Assembly (NCBI GenBank): GCA_947073285.1
Contig: CAMTJT010000005.1
Span: 12,351 to 76,350 of the forward strand
Reading direction: 5' to 3'
Length of the DNA stretch: 64,000 nt
Source: an uncultured Clostridium sp.
GTDB taxonomy: Bacteria > Bacillota > Clostridia > TANB77 > CAG-508
Position 1 is the stretch's first letter. Every line of letters starts with the position of its first letter. This document shows, in pieces, positions 32,339 through 44,210 of the stretch. Both the position numbers and the translations under genes were made by a program. The notes under the pieces are model-generated. The model searched no databases and was not told the DNA's origin. It saw only the letters and a list, made by a program, of their open reading frames with translations.

Positions 32339-34429
32339 TTATTCACTTTTTTTCGTTACTTTCTTTTTACTTGTAGATTTTTTTGTTTTTGTTTTTTTCT
32401 TGGTTGTTTTACTCTTTTTAGTACTAGTTTTTTCTTTTTCTGGCTCCCATTTTTCACCTACTTTTGGTGGATTCCATGATATATATTCACAAGTTTTTCC
32501 ATTGTTTTCGCATACATAGAATTTTCTTCCTCTTCTGGTCTTTTTTATTTGAACAGTTCCACCACAAACTGGGCATGGTACATCAATTGTTTCTACAATT
32601 GGTTTTGCATTTTTGCATTCTGGGTAACCTGGGCATGCTAAAAATTTACCATATCTACCATATTTGATTACCATCATTCTACCACATTTTTCACATGGTA
32701 CATCAGATACTTCTTCTACTAGTTCTACATGTTCTAGTTCTTTTTCTACTTTTTCTACTGTTTTCTCAAATGGTCCATAAAATTTACGTATAGTTTGTTT
32801 CCATTCTTCTTTTCCTTCTGCTATTTCATCAAATTCTTGCTCTATTTTTGCTGTAAATTCTACATTAATAACATCTGTAAAATTTTCTACTAATAAACCA
32901 TTTACTATTTTTCCTAAATCTGTTGGTATAAGTTGTTTTTGCTCTTTTTGTATATAATGTCTTTCTAAAATAGTGGTAATTGTAGGTGAATATGTACTTG
33001 GTCTTCCTATTCCTTTTTCTTCTAATGCTTTTACTAAGCTTGCTTCTGTATATCTTGGTGGTGGTTGTGTAAAACTCTGCTTTGATTCTAGCTTTTCTTT
33101 TTTTACCTCTTGCCCTACTTTTAATTCTGGAATAGAAGTATCTTCTTCTTCGGTTTCTCCTTCTATTGTTTCTACATATAAAGTCATAAAACCTTTAAAT
33201 TTTAATGTTTGGCCACTTGCTTTAAAATGATAATTATTAACTTGTATTGTACTACTAATAGTATCGTAAATTGCTACTGCCATTTGGCTTGCAATAAAGC
33301 GATGGTAGACTAATCGATATAATTTATATTGGTCTGCAGTTAAGTATTCTTTGATTTTGTCTGGTGCTAATTCTACGTAGGTTGGGCGAATTGCCTCATG
33401 GGCATCTTGTGCATTTTGCTTTGTTTTATAAAATCTATTTTCGTAATAGTTAGCTCCATAAGTTTGTGTAATATAATTTTTAGCAGATGCTCTTGCTTCA
33501 TCTGAGATACGTGTTGAATCTGTTCTCATATAAGTAATTAAACCTACAGTTCCTTTTTCTCCTACATGAACTCCCTCATATAGGCCTTGTGCTACTGACA
33601 TGGTCTTTTTTAAAGTAAATCCTAATTTTCTAGATGCCTCTTGTTGCATTGTACTTGTTGTAAATGGTGGTGCTGGTGTTCTTTTCTTTTCTCCTTTTTT
33701 TACATCTATTACAGTATATTTTCCTTTTTGTATTTGATTTAATATTTCTTCTACTTCTTCTTTTTGATGTAATTCTTGCTTTTTACCATCTTTACCATAA
33801 AATACAGCTACAAATTGTTTTTTGCTTTCTGGGTCTAGTAAAGTAGCATAAATATTCCAATATTCTTCTGGTATAAAATGCTCTATTTCTTCTTCTCTAT
33901 CTACAATTAGTTTTACTGCTACTGATTGTACTCTTCCTGCTGATAAGCCTCTTTTTACCTTTTTCCATAATACTGGACTTATTTTATAACCAACTATTCT
34001 ATCTAATACACGTCTTGCTTGTTGGGCATCTGTTAAATTCATATCTATTTTTCTAGGTTTTTTAATGGATTCTCTAACTGTTTCTTTGGTTATTTCATTA
34101 AAGGTAACTCTACAGTCACTATCTTGTGGTATTTCTAGAATATGTGCTAAATGCCATGCTATTGCTTCTCCTTCACGGTCAGGGTCAGTTGCAAGATATA
34201 CTTGTTTTGCATCTTTTGCTTCTTTTTTTAGTTTTTTTATTAGATCTCCTTTTCCACGAATATTAATATATTCTGGTTCAAAGTCTTCTTCTATTTTGAT
34301 TCCCATTTTTGATTTTGGTAAATCACGTATATGCCCCATAGAAGCCATTACCTTTGTACTGCCACCTAAGAATTTTTTAATTGTGTTTGCTTTTGCAGGT
34401 GACTCTACAATAATTAATTTATCTGCCAT
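32339..34429 (-). CDS. topA: DNA topoisomerase I with C-terminal zinc ribbons and a Lys-rich tail
   Basis: Toprim MADKLIIVESPAKA. Active-site region ...YMRTDSTR... C4 motifs CEKCG/CPGYPEC and CPVCGG. Length 696 aa. Confidence 0.92.
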   Translation of the reverse strand: MADKLIIVESPAKANTIKKFLGGSTKVMASMGHIRDLPKSKMGIKIEEDFEPEYINIRGKGDLIKKLKKEAKDAKQVYLATDPDREGEAIAWHLAHILEIPQDSDCRVTFNEITKETVRESIKKPRKIDMNLTDAQQARRVLDRIVGYKISPVLWKKVKRGLSAGRVQSVAVKLIVDREEEIEHFIPEEYWNIYATLLDPESKKQFVAVFYGKDGKKQELHQKEEVEEILNQIQKGKYTVIDVKKGEKKRTPAPPFTTSTMQQEASRKLGFTLKKTMSVAQGLYEGVHVGEKGTVGLITYMRTDSTRISDEARASAKNYITQTYGANYYENRFYKTKQNAQDAHEAIRPTYVELAPDKIKEYLTADQYKLYRLVYHRFIASQMAVAIYDTISSTIQVNNYHFKASGQTLKFKGFMTLYVETIEGETEEEDTSIPELKVGQEVKKEKLESKQSFTQPPPRYTEASLVKALEEKGIGRPSTYSPTITTILERHYIQKEQKQLIPTDLGKIVNGLLVENFTDVINVEFTAKIEQEFDEIAEGKEEWKQTIRKFYGPFEKTVEKVEKELEHVELVEEVSDVPCEKCGRMMVIKYGRYGKFLACPGYPECKNAKPIVETIDVPCPVCGGTVQIKKTRRGRKFYVCENNGKTCEYISWNPPKVGEKWEPEKEKTSTKKSKTTKKKTKTKKSTSKKKVTKKSE

Positions 34430-34829
34430 TTTTTTAGTTTTTGTTAGTTTTAAGTATAACTAACTTTTCTCCTTATAAATAGATTTAGGTTTTTTAATAA
34501 GGTTTTGCCTATAAACCTTTATCTTTAAATATTATAAATTTATTTTAATATTGTAATTTTTATTCTCTCTCATCTTTCTAGATTTAAGCTTATAGTATCA
34601 TAGCTTACTTTTCTAAATTTTGCAAGTGTATTTTTAAGGCTTCTAAATTTTAATAAACTTTCTATTTTTTTAGTATCTTGAATATAAGAAAAAATATATG
34701 ATTAAGATAAAACTAGCAAAATTAAAACACTTCTTTTTAAGTATATACTACTTAAAAAGAAATGTTCCTTCCTTTTTTCTAAGAGAGTATGAGGCAATTA
34801 ATTTGTCTAACCATTTTCTCCCTTGTTTT

Positions 34830-35141
34830 TCACTGTAACACTAAATCTTCTAGTACATATCTCAAATCAATTGGTGTTACTTTATTTTTTAGTAAGATTT
34901 TTAACAATTTTTCAACTTCTTCTTTTTCTCCACAAATATGATTAAATTCTTGTTTTTCTTCGTTTAGTTCGTGATTTGTTACTTCTGTTTTTATCACGCC
35001 AACACCATATTGTTTGATATGCTTGCTAAACTTGATGTCTTTTGTTTCATAGTATTTTAGCTTAATAGTTCTGGGTTCTTCTTCTACATCTTTTTGAATA
35101 GTGGTTTCCCCATAAACTTTTGTAAAATTGTACATAATCAT
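34830..35141 (-). CDS. Hypothetical small protein
   Basis: 103-aa ORF. No recognisable family. Confidence 0.3.
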   Translation of the reverse strand: MIMYNFTKVYGETTIQKDVEEEPRTIKLKYYETKDIKFSKHIKQYGVGVIKTEVTNHELNEEKQEFNHICGEKEEVEKLLKILLKNKVTPIDLRYVLEDLVLQ

Positions 35142-35434
35142 ACTTCCCCTTTCTTCATTCGTTCACGCAAAATTCTACCAAACATTTCCAGATATTACAA
35201 GTTTTTTCGTATGCCATATTGTTACAAAGTTCGACACTTTGTAAACTTATAAGTTAATTTGTTCCTGATTTTTTTGTCGAATACTTTACCATTATAATAT
35301 ATAGGTTAATATTTTGTTTTTAAAATATCACTGTTTTATTCTTGTTCTAATAATATAAAATAAAAAATAGAATATAGCTTTTGTGATAATACTACATTCT
35401 ATTTATTATTAAATATACTTAAAATAATTTAGAA

Positions 35435-36557
35435 CTATAAACTAATACTTTTCTTTATTTCTTGATAAATTTTTTGTTCTACATTGATTATAGCAATTGT
35501 ATTTGCTCTTTTTCCCATTTCTAATAATTTTTCTTTATCTTTTACCATTTCTTCTATTTGCTGATTTAATTTTTCAGAAGTTAAGTTCTTATCTAAAATA
35601 ATTTTTGCTGCTCCTACTTTTTCTAATACTTTCGCATTATATTCTTGGTGGTTCTCTGTGGCAAAAGGAAATGGAATAAAAATAGCTGGTTTACCTACAT
35701 TGGCAATTTCAGTAATTGTCATAGCGCCACTTCTACATACTACTAAATCTATAACATTTAGCATTTCTTCCATATTATAAATATATGGTACTATTTTTAC
35801 ATTTTCAATTGTTTCTATGTTTAACCCATGCTTTTCTTTTAGGTCTTTTTTTATTTCTTCATATTGGCTAGGACCTGCTGCCCACATAATTTGATAGTTT
35901 TTGTTTTTCTTTTGATTAATTATTTCTAATAAACTTTGGTTAATACTTTGTGCACCTTGGCTACCACCAAAAAACAAAACAATTGGCATATTTTCTTTTA
36001 AATTATTTTGTTTTAGTAATTCTTGTTTTTGGCTTTGTTTCAGTATTATTTTTTTTACTTTTGTTGGTGTTCCTGTTACTATAATTTCTTTGGCTTTTGG
36101 AAGCCTTGTTTTAGCATCTTCAAATCCTACTAATACTTTATCTGCTTTACTAGATAGCATTTTAACTGCAACTCCTGGAAAAGCATTACTTTCATGTAAA
36201 ATAATAGGTACTTTCTTCTTTTTAGCTGCTATTCCCACTGGCACACAAATATATCCACCTGTTCCGAATAATAACATCTGGTTTAAATCTTGCTATAATT
36301 CGTTTGGCTTGACTAATGGAACGAAATGTTTGATACATTTTTTTTATATTTTTAAGTGAAATGGTACGATCAAATCCATAAGCATTAATTGTTTTTAGCT
36401 TATACCCTGCTCTTGGTACTAAATCGTTTTCTAATCCTCTATTCGTTCCTATAAAAATAATTTCGGAGTTTGGTTCTTGTTTTTTTATTTCATTTGCAAT
36501 GGCTATTCCTGGGTTAATATGCCCTCCTGTACCTGCTGCTGCAATAATCGCTCTCAT
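35435..36557 (-). CDS. murG: UDP-N-acetylglucosamine--N-acetylmuramyl-(pentapeptide)-PP-undecaprenol GlcNAc transferase MurG, with an apparent +1 frameshift at CGG (36264-36266)
   Basis: N-terminal frame MRAIIAAAGTGGHINPG...FKPDVII-R(CGG)NRW... The +1 frame restores PDVII-GTGGYICVPVG (MurG G-loop). The C-terminal frame carries the GT28 C-terminal domain. Confidence 0.75.
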
Positions 36558-36688
36558 TTTGTACCTCCCTATTAATTTATATTAAGCTAAAATAGCATAT
36601 TAAAAAAGCAAAGTTTCATATTTATATGTATGTAACTGCATTTTTAATATGCTAAATGACAATTATTTTTTAAACTTTACTACCTGCT

Positions 36689-37844
36689 CTAGAAATATTG
36701 AGAAGTATACCGCATACTACTTAATAAAATAAATAGTGCTGTTCCTCCTGCACTGAAAAAAGGTAGTGGAATTCCTGTATTTGGTATAGATGATGTAACA
36801 ACCCCTATATTTAAAATAACTTGTATTGCTACTAAACTTGTAATTCCGAACTGCTACTAAGCTTCCAAAGGTGTCTGGTGCTTTCATAGCTATTAAAATT
36901 CCTCTCCAAATTAAGATAGCAAATAAACAAATTATAATGACACAACCGATAAAGCCAAGTTCTTCTGCAACAATAGAAAAGATAAAGTCATTTTGTGGTT
37001 CTGAAATATATAAATACTTTTGTTTACTTTCTCCTAATCCTGCTCCAAATAATCCTCCTGAACCTATTGCATATAAACTTTGTATTACTTGCCATCCAGC
37101 TCCTTGTGGATCTGCCCATGGATCTAAAAATGATAAAATTCTAGTAATACGAAAGCTACCTTCTCCACTTCCTCCAGAGGTAAGCTTATATACTAAAATG
37201 GCCCCTATTCCTGCTCCTCCAACCATTCCTGCTGCTATAAAATGTAACATTCTAGCACCTGCTATTATTAACATAATGCATGTTATCATAGCAATAATTA
37301 AAGAGGCACTTAAGTGATTTTGTACTAAATATAAAACTGCAATTGGTGGAAGAAGAAAACAAAGTGGTTTTACAAATCCTTTCCAAAAATCTCTTAGTTC
37401 TTCTTTATGATCTGTTAAATAACCTGCGTAAAAAACAATCAGCCCAATTTTAGTAAGTTCTGAGGGTTGAAATTGCCCCAATCCTGGTATTGCTACCCAT
37501 CTTTTCGCACCATTTACTGATACTCCTAACCCTGGTATTACTACTAATAATAAAATTGCACATGAGGCAAAATAAATTGGCCAATAAAATCTTTTGTAAA
37601 AACGATAATCTATTTTCGATAAAGCAAACATTGCAATAATGCCTAAAATGCCGAACAATAGCTGTTTACTTGCATAGGTATAACTTTTTCCATTTTCTGC
37701 TAAGGCTGATGGTGCAGAGGCAGAAAGTACCATAACAATTCCTAATGCTAATAATATAAAAACAATGATACAAAGTGCAAAATCAAATGGTTGATTTACA
37801 AACTTTGATATTCTTTTCCCCTTTTTTGGTATTGTTTTTTGCAT
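36689..37844 (-). CDS. ftsW: FtsW/RodA/SpoVE-family peptidoglycan glycosyltransferase with an apparent +1 frameshift at CGG (36846-36848)
   Basis: ...DTFGSLVAV-R(CGG)NYK... versus the +1 frame GITSLVAIQVILNIGVVTSSIPNTGIPLPFFSAGGTALFILL (SEDS C-terminus). A second in-frame CGG at 36710-36712 could move the end to 36671 (...SSM-GILLNISRAGSKV). Confidence 0.7.
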
Positions 37845-37970
37845 TCGTGTTCTTCCTTCCCTATCTTTATTACTTTTTGTATCATAACATATTGCTAAAC
37901 TTCAATTTTATAGATACTTTTCACTTTTTTTATTTACTTAAAGCTCTATTAGAGTTAGTAATATATTTTA

Positions 37971-38981
37971 CTAGATAGCTACTAGCCCAACAATACAGCA
38001 TACTAATGTAACTAAACTAAATACTGATACTATTTTATTCTCGTTCCAACCAGATAATTCAAAATGATGATGAATTGGTGTCATTTTAAATACTCTTTTT
38101 CCTGTTTTCTTAAAATGTTTTACTTGTATCATAACAGAAAGTGTTTCTAATACTGGTACAAGTGCAATAATAATTAGTAATAATGGCATTTTTAAATATA
38201 GTGCTAAGCTTGCAATTGCTCCTCCTAATAAAAGTGAACCTGTATCCCCCATCATGACTTTTGCTGGGTGCAAATTAAATAGTAAAAAGATTAAACATGT
38301 TCCTATTAAAATACTACCAAATACTGTAATTTCTTTTATTCCTAATATAATACCAATTACTGTTAAACAGGTAAGAATAATGGTAGTAACACTTGTAGAA
38401 AGTCCATCAATACCATCTGTTAAGTTGATAGCATTTGTAGTTGCTAACATTACAATTACACTAAATGGAATGTACAGCCAAATAGGTAATACAATTGTAT
38501 TTTTTATAAATGGAATATAAATATCTGTTCCTATTTGCAAAAAGTTTGTTAAACATAAGCTGAAGCCTACTGAAATGATTAATAAACCAATCATTTTATA
38601 GGCTGGTTTTAGTCCTTCTGTATTTTTGCCAATTAATTTTTTTAAGTCATCAATTAAACCAACTATTCCAAACCCAACTGTTGAAGCAATAAGTGGTACT
38701 AAGCATATTGCCAGTTGCTTTTGAGTTTCTACCTCTGATTTGTAGTAATCAAAACACATAAAACCTCCCACTACTAGAATAGTAATAATCATAATAATTC
38801 CCCCCATTGTAGGAGTTCCTTGTTTTTTTAGGTGTGATTCTGGTCCTTCTTTTCTTTCTAATTGTCCTACTTTTAATTTTTTCAAAATAGGAATGGCTAT
38901 AATAGCTACTATGAAACTTACTGCCATAGAAAGCAGTATGATTTTGGTTTGAAATTCCATTTGTTCCTCCTTAGTTAGCAA
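37971..38981 (-). CDS. mraY: Phospho-N-acetylmuramoyl-pentapeptide transferase
   Basis: Ten-TM protein with NAINLTDGIDGL and HHHFE motifs. Length 336 aa. Confidence 0.9.
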   Translation of the reverse strand: MLTKEEQMEFQTKIILLSMAVSFIVAIIAIPILKKLKVGQLERKEGPESHLKKQGTPTMGGIIMIITILVVGGFMCFDYYKSEVETQKQLAICLVPLIASTVGFGIVGLIDDLKKLIGKNTEGLKPAYKMIGLLIISVGFSLCLTNFLQIGTDIYIPFIKNTIVLPIWLYIPFSVIVMLATTNAINLTDGIDGLSTSVTTIILTCLTVIGIILGIKEITVFGSILIGTCLIFLLFNLHPAKVMMGDTGSLLLGGAIASLALYLKMPLLLIIIALVPVLETLSVMIQVKHFKKTGKRVFKMTPIHHHFELSGWNENKIVSVFSLVTLVCCIVGLVAI

Positions 38982-39069
38982 GATTTGAATAATTCTTTAG
39001 CTTTACTTAAAAGTATCATATCATTTTTTGCAAGTTAAAGTAATCTAAAAATGATATTGTATTTTTTAT

Positions 39070-40552
39070 TTAATCATTGCTTTTACTTAAAATCTCTTTA
39101 ACAATTTCTCTTTCATCAAAAGCATATTTTCTACCTTTTATTTCTTGTTTTAATTCATGCCCTTTTCCTGCAATTAATACTAAATCTTTTTTATGTGCCA
39201 TTTGTATTGCTTTTTCAATTGCTTCTTTTCTATCTACAATACATTCATAGTTTCCTTTTGTTTTTTTCATGCCTTGTTCTATTTGTGTTATAATTTCTTC
39301 TGGTTTTTCTGTTCTTGGATTATCTGATGTAATAATAGTATAATCTGCAACTTTTCCTGCTACTTCTCCCATAAGAGGTCTTTTTCCAGCATCTCTATCT
39401 CCCCCACAGCCAAATACACAAATTACATTTCCTTGTGTATAGCTTTTTACTGTTTCTAAAATATTTTGTAAGCTTTCTGGAGTATGGGCATAATCTATCA
39501 TAATAGTTAACTCTTTTTCATTTGCAACAAGCTCACTTCTGCCTGGCACACGTACATCTAACAATGCCTCTATGATATTTTCTGGTGTAACACCATATTT
39601 TAAAGCTACGCTAATAGCAGCTAAGGAATTATATACACTAAATCTACCTGGAATGCCAGTTTTTACTCTTTGATTTTTATCTCCTAATTTTGCTTTAAAA
39701 TCTACATAGGCATTTGTTACTGTAATATCTTTTGCAAGTAAGTTTGCAGGATTATCAATACCAAAAGTAGTAAAATTGCATTCTGGAACTAACCCTGGCA
39801 GTTTTGCTCCATAAATATCATCTGCATTAATATAAGCATATTTACACATTTTAAACAACTTTACTTTTGATTCAAAATAGTCTTCCATACTAGAATGTTC
39901 TTTTGGGCTGATATGATCTTTTGAAAAGTTAGTAAATATACCGAACTTCAAATTGACACCCATCTACTCTGCCCATTTTTAAGCTTTGTGAAGAAACCTC
40001 TGCTACTACATATTCACATTTTGCTTTTACCATTTTGCTTAATAGTTCTTGTAGCTCTAGTGCTTCTGGTGTTGTTCTATCATTATCTCCTAAGTTTTTA
40101 TCTCCAATATAAGTGCAAATTGTTCCAATTAGCCCTACCTTATACCCTTGTTTTTCTAATAATGACTTTATCATAAATGTGGTAGTGGTTTTTCCCTTTG
40201 TTCCTGTTACTCCTATTAATTTTAGCTTTTTAGAAGGATTTTGATAATAGTTACAAGCACAAATAGCTACTGCATGCCTTGTATCTGGTGCTAAAATAAA
40301 GGTAATATCTGCTGGTAAGTCTTTTACCATTTCACGTGTTAATTTATCTGCCTGTGCCATAATAACTTTGGCCCCATTTTGCACTGCTTCTGTAATATAT
40401 TGATGACCATCTGTATCAAATCCATCAATAGCTACAAACATATCTCCTGGCTTTATCTTTTGAGAGCTACTTTCTATTTTGGGAATATCTATTTCTAGGC
40501 TTCCTTTTACTTTTAAGCCTTCTATTCCTGCTAAAATACTTTTTAATTCCAT
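39070..40552 (-). CDS. murE: UDP-N-acetylmuramoyl-L-alanyl-D-glutamate--2,6-diaminopimelate ligase MurE, with an apparent +1 frameshift at CGG (39941-39943)
   Basis: N-terminal ORF ...GVTGTKGKTTT...SSQSLKMGRVDGCQFEV-R(CGG)YIY*. The +1 frame restores GRVDGCQFEV-GIFTNFSKDH (compare B. subtilis [22 protein letters not shown]). C-terminal ORF: Mur ligase C-terminal domain. Confidence 0.75.
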
Positions 40553-40690
40553 AGGTCTCTCCTTATTTCTCTATTTTTCCATGTACATTATATAACGAAA
40601 TCTTTTTTTTGTATACCTTTTTTTGACTTTTTTTGAGCCACTTATTACTCTAAAGCTTTTAAGAACTCAAAAATGATTTTTATAAATCTA

Positions 40691-41003
40691 TTAAATTTTT
40701 ACAATGATTTTCGTTCCCTCATATACATTAATTCCCTTTTTAGGTATTTGCTCTTTTATTATTGTTTCTTCTTTGTTGTATTCTTCTGGTTCATTTTGTA
40801 TTTGCATTTGCAAGTTTCTTTCCTTTAGTAATTGTGTAGCCTCTTTAACACTTATTCCTTCTATTTCTGGAACTTCTACTTGTTTTTTTATTTCTTCTTC
40901 TTTTTCATTATCTTTTTGTAATTCTAAATATGGAAGTACCTCTGATAAAACTTGCCCTCCTACTGGTGCTCCAACAGCACCTCCTTGGCTTACCCTCCGT
41001 TTA
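40691..41003 (-). CDS. 3' segment of the split class-B penicillin-binding protein gene (end of transpeptidase domain plus PASTA domain); no start codon of its own
   Basis: The reverse frame reads ...SQGGAVGAPVGGQVLSEVLPYLELQ...VPEIEGISVKEATQLLKERNLQMQIQNE...KGINVYEGTKIIVKI*. The open frame runs back to 41060 without ATG or RBS. It joins in-frame to the 5' segment at 56649. Confidence 0.7.
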
Positions 41004-41059
41004 TTGCAGTAATAATCTAAAAAAATAAATCTAACTTTTTTTGCTAAATTTAGGTAGTT

Positions 41060-42559
41060 TTATAGATTAAAAGTAATTTCAATTCTACTGCTTGAATATA
41101 TTTCAATTTTATTTATCATTTCTTTTAGAAAATTATTATTTATGTACTTCCCATTTTTGAACTCATTTGCAATGTCTTTTATTCTTTCTTCTAACTCATT
41201 TTCGTTATTGTGCTTAAGTTTTCTAATTAAGTTTTCATATTTTTTTATTTCTTCTTTGGCTTGTATATATTCTGCTTTAAACTCCTCTACTTTGATATAC
41301 TGTTCACATTTCTTTTTATATAAAACACTCTTCTTTCTTTCTAGTTTTTCAATTTCGTTTTGGTACTCCTTTATCTTTTTCATATTTTCGTCATTTTCTT
41401 TATAATAATCGATTAGTTTATTTGTTGTCTTATCTATCTCAATTAGTTTTAGTCTTTTTACTACTTCCTTTTTTACAATTTCATTTAGGTCTTTTTCTCT
41501 AATGTATATTTCATTTTTACATTTCTTTTTATATAACAAACTACAATTAAGTCCTGCACTATCATATAAAAATCTTTGTTTATCTTTTGACCTATAAACC
41601 TTATATTGCATTCTTGTTTTGCAATATCCACAATATAATAAATCTCTTAATAAATATTCATGTTTTACACCTGCTCTTCCCTTTTTTGCTTGTTTTATTT
41701 CTTGTACGATATCATATTTTTCCTTTTCAATTATTGCCTCATGAGTATTTTCTTTTATCATCCAAGTATCCCTTTTTTTATTCTTTTTACAAGTCTTTGC
41801 TATATAATTAGTTTCATACTTGTTCATTACTGTATTTCCTGCATAAAACGGATTACTTAACATATCGTTTATTTGTTCTGCATTCCATTTTTTAGCCTTA
41901 TTTTTCAATTTCATATATCTACTCGGATTTTTTATTTTATTCCTATTAAAATAATCTGCTATTTGACTACTTGTTTTTCCACTTATATACATATCATATA
42001 TTTTTCTTATATTATCTGCTACATTTTCATCTATCATGATTTTATGTTTGTCTTCCTCTCTTTTTTTATAGCCGTATGGTGCATAGTGTTCAACAAATTG
42101 TCCTGATTGTTTCATTGCATTTTTATTAGCTCTTACTTTTTTAGATATATCTGTAATATAGTATTGATTTGCTATTCCACGAAGCATTATGCTGTCATCT
42201 ATCTCATATCTTTCTCCACTATCTATAAACTCTGTTACAGATATAAATCTTACATCATTGTCTGGAAAAAATACTTCTGTGTACCAACCTGTTTTATTTT
42301 TATTACGAGTTAATCTACTGATATCTTTTACAATTACCATATTGATAAAACCTCTTGCTATATCTAACATCATTTCATTAAGTTTTGGTCTTGAATCTAA
42401 TATTCCAGAATACCCATTGTCTACATATTCTTTCACTATTTTATACCCATTTTTAATTGCATACCTAGTTGTAATTTCTCTTTGTGCCTCTATACTATTA
42501 TTTTCTTCTTCATGTTCTTTTGATAACCTTAAATATAGTCCTGCTCGATACTCTTTCAT
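41060..42559 (-). CDS. Large serine recombinase (resolvase catalytic domain + recombinase domain + zinc ribbon), second gene of the tandem pair
   Basis: The likely start is MKEYRAGLYLRLSKEHEEEN (catalytic Ser in RLS). Cys cluster CGYCKTRMQY. ATG at 42557-42559 lies 1 nt after the upstream gene's TAA. Confidence 0.8.
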   Translation of the reverse strand: MKEYRAGLYLRLSKEHEEENNSIEAQREITTRYAIKNGYKIVKEYVDNGYSGILDSRPKLNEMMLDIARGFINMVIVKDISRLTRNKNKTGWYTEVFFPDNDVRFISVTEFIDSGERYEIDDSIMLRGIANQYYITDISKKVRANKNAMKQSGQFVEHYAPYGYKKREEDKHKIMIDENVADNIRKIYDMYISGKTSSQIADYFNRNKIKNPSRYMKLKNKAKKWNAEQINDMLSNPFYAGNTVMNKYETNYIAKTCKKNKKRDTWMIKENTHEAIIEKEKYDIVQEIKQAKKGRAGVKHEYLLRDLLYCGYCKTRMQYKVYRSKDKQRFLYDSAGLNCSLLYKKKCKNEIYIREKDLNEIVKKEVVKRLKLIEIDKTTNKLIDYYKENDENMKKIKEYQNEIEKLERKKSVLYKKKCEQYIKVEEFKAEYIQAKEEIKKYENLIRKLKHNNENELEERIKDIANEFKNGKYINNNFLKEMINKIEIYSSSRIEITFNL

Positions 42560-42560
42560 A

Positions 42561-44123
42561 TTAAGCCACCATATTGAATATGTCGTATTTGTAATAGATG
42601 TGTATTTGATTATTATTATCAATTTTTATATCAGATATTATTTCTAATATAATGCTTTTATTCAATTCTTTCATATTTAATATATTTTTCACTAACTCAT
42701 TTACTTTTTCTTCTGTAACAATTGTTTTATCATTTTGTTCTTTTTCTAAAATTTCTAATTCCCTCTTTATTCTATTCTTTTTATTAACCCTTTCTTGATA
42801 ATATTTTCTGTAATCTTCTTCATCTAGTAAACCTTCTTTATAATCTAAATACAATACTTTTATTTCATTTTCTGTTTTCAATATTTCTTTGTTTAGCAGT
42901 TCTTTATTATAATCGATACCATTTACTGCATTTTCATTTTGTTGTTTTATGATTAATTTTTTCATTTTTTCTTTATCTAATGTTCCTATGATTTCTCTTA
43001 AATTTTTGCAAATGATTGTATTAAGAATTTCCTCGTCTATTCCTTTACTTCCTCTAATACACTCTTTTCCTCTATATCTTTTTAATCCATTTAGGCAACA
43101 TATCTTTTTAGATTTTAATTCTTTAGGATTATTTCTTCTATATTCAACCTTTAATGTCATTTTAGCTCCACATTCTTTACATTTTACAAGTCCATTTAAA
43201 CTCCATTCGTGTTTTTTCCTTTTTATTGTTTTATTTGTGTTTCTTTGACTTTGTACTTTATCAAACAACTCTTCTGTAATAATTGCCTCATGTGTATTAC
43301 AAGCTATTTTCCATTCTTCTGGTGGAATATACTTTCTTTTTTTAGATTTATAGCTTAAATTAATTTTTTTTCCGTATTCTGTATGCCCTAAATACACTTT
43401 ATTACTTAGCATTCTTCTTATTGTTTCTTCTCTCCATTTATACCTTACTTCTCCATTATTGCTACTATTATTTGGACTTGGAATATCATCTGCTTGTAGT
43501 TCTTTGATTATTTGAGTAATAGACTTTCCTTTGCTATATTCTTCATATATTCTTTTTACTATTCTTGCTTCTTGTTTACTTATCACAAGTTTGTGTTTAT
43601 CTTCTTTTGATTTTTTATAACCATATGGTGCTATTGACCCCATATATAACCCTTTTTCTTTTCTAGCCCAAATACTCGATTTTACTTTTCTTGAAATATC
43701 TTTACTATACCAATCATTAATAAGAGTTTTAAATTGTATCATATCATTATTTGCATTTTTAGTTCCTGTGTCTACATTGTCTAATACTGATATATATCTT
43801 ATATTTCTCTCTAAAAAGTATAATTCTATATAATAATTTGCTTCAAAACTATTTCTTGAAAGTCTTGATAGGTCTTTTGTAATAATACAATTGATAGTTC
43901 CATTTTCTATATCTTGTATCATCCTTTGAAAACTTGGTCTATTAGTATTAAGTCCTGTGTAACCATCATCAATGTAATAATCTATTAAAAAAAATTCTTC
44001 GCCTAACTCTTGTATTTTTTTCTCTATTATATTTTTCTGACTTACTATACTATCACTTACATCTTTATCACCATCTTCCTGCGACAACCTTAAATAGCCT
44101 GCCACTTTATATTTTTCATACAT
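42561..44123 (-). CDS. Large serine recombinase, first gene of the tandem pair
   Basis: MYEKYKVAGYLRLSQEDGD...; C-terminal CKECGAKM zinc ribbon and coiled coil. Length 520 aa. Confidence 0.8.
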   Translation of the reverse strand: MYEKYKVAGYLRLSQEDGDKDVSDSIVSQKNIIEKKIQELGEEFFLIDYYIDDGYTGLNTNRPSFQRMIQDIENGTINCIITKDLSRLSRNSFEANYYIELYFLERNIRYISVLDNVDTGTKNANNDMIQFKTLINDWYSKDISRKVKSSIWARKEKGLYMGSIAPYGYKKSKEDKHKLVISKQEARIVKRIYEEYSKGKSITQIIKELQADDIPSPNNSSNNGEVRYKWREETIRRMLSNKVYLGHTEYGKKINLSYKSKKRKYIPPEEWKIACNTHEAIITEELFDKVQSQRNTNKTIKRKKHEWSLNGLVKCKECGAKMTLKVEYRRNNPKELKSKKICCLNGLKRYRGKECIRGSKGIDEEILNTIICKNLREIIGTLDKEKMKKLIIKQQNENAVNGIDYNKELLNKEILKTENEIKVLYLDYKEGLLDEEDYRKYYQERVNKKNRIKRELEILEKEQNDKTIVTEEKVNELVKNILNMKELNKSIILEIISDIKIDNNNQIHIYYKYDIFNMVA

Positions 44124-44210
44124 AATTCAACACCTCTTTTGTGAAGTATATATATTCATATGAATGTATTTTATAAATATTAGTACCTAATTACAAATGT
44201 GCAAATTGGA

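Noticed and set aside
39941-39955. MurE split explained as a GGG homopolymer-length error
   Set aside because: Alignment to the MurE consensus ([16 protein letters not shown]) fits better if the shift is at the downstream CGG (FEV-GIFTNF). That matches the pattern at the other 11 sites, so the homopolymer explanation was dropped.
40704-41012. 102-aa plus-strand ORF and other plus-strand ORFs (1948-2157, 2851-3033, 16914-17147, 18744-19496, 23241-23612, 46324-54566 series, 56635-57034)
   Set aside because: All lie antisense to strongly supported minus-strand genes (PBP tail, EF-Tu, EF-G, giant protein and others), have low-complexity composition and lack an RBS. Treated as non-coding shadows.
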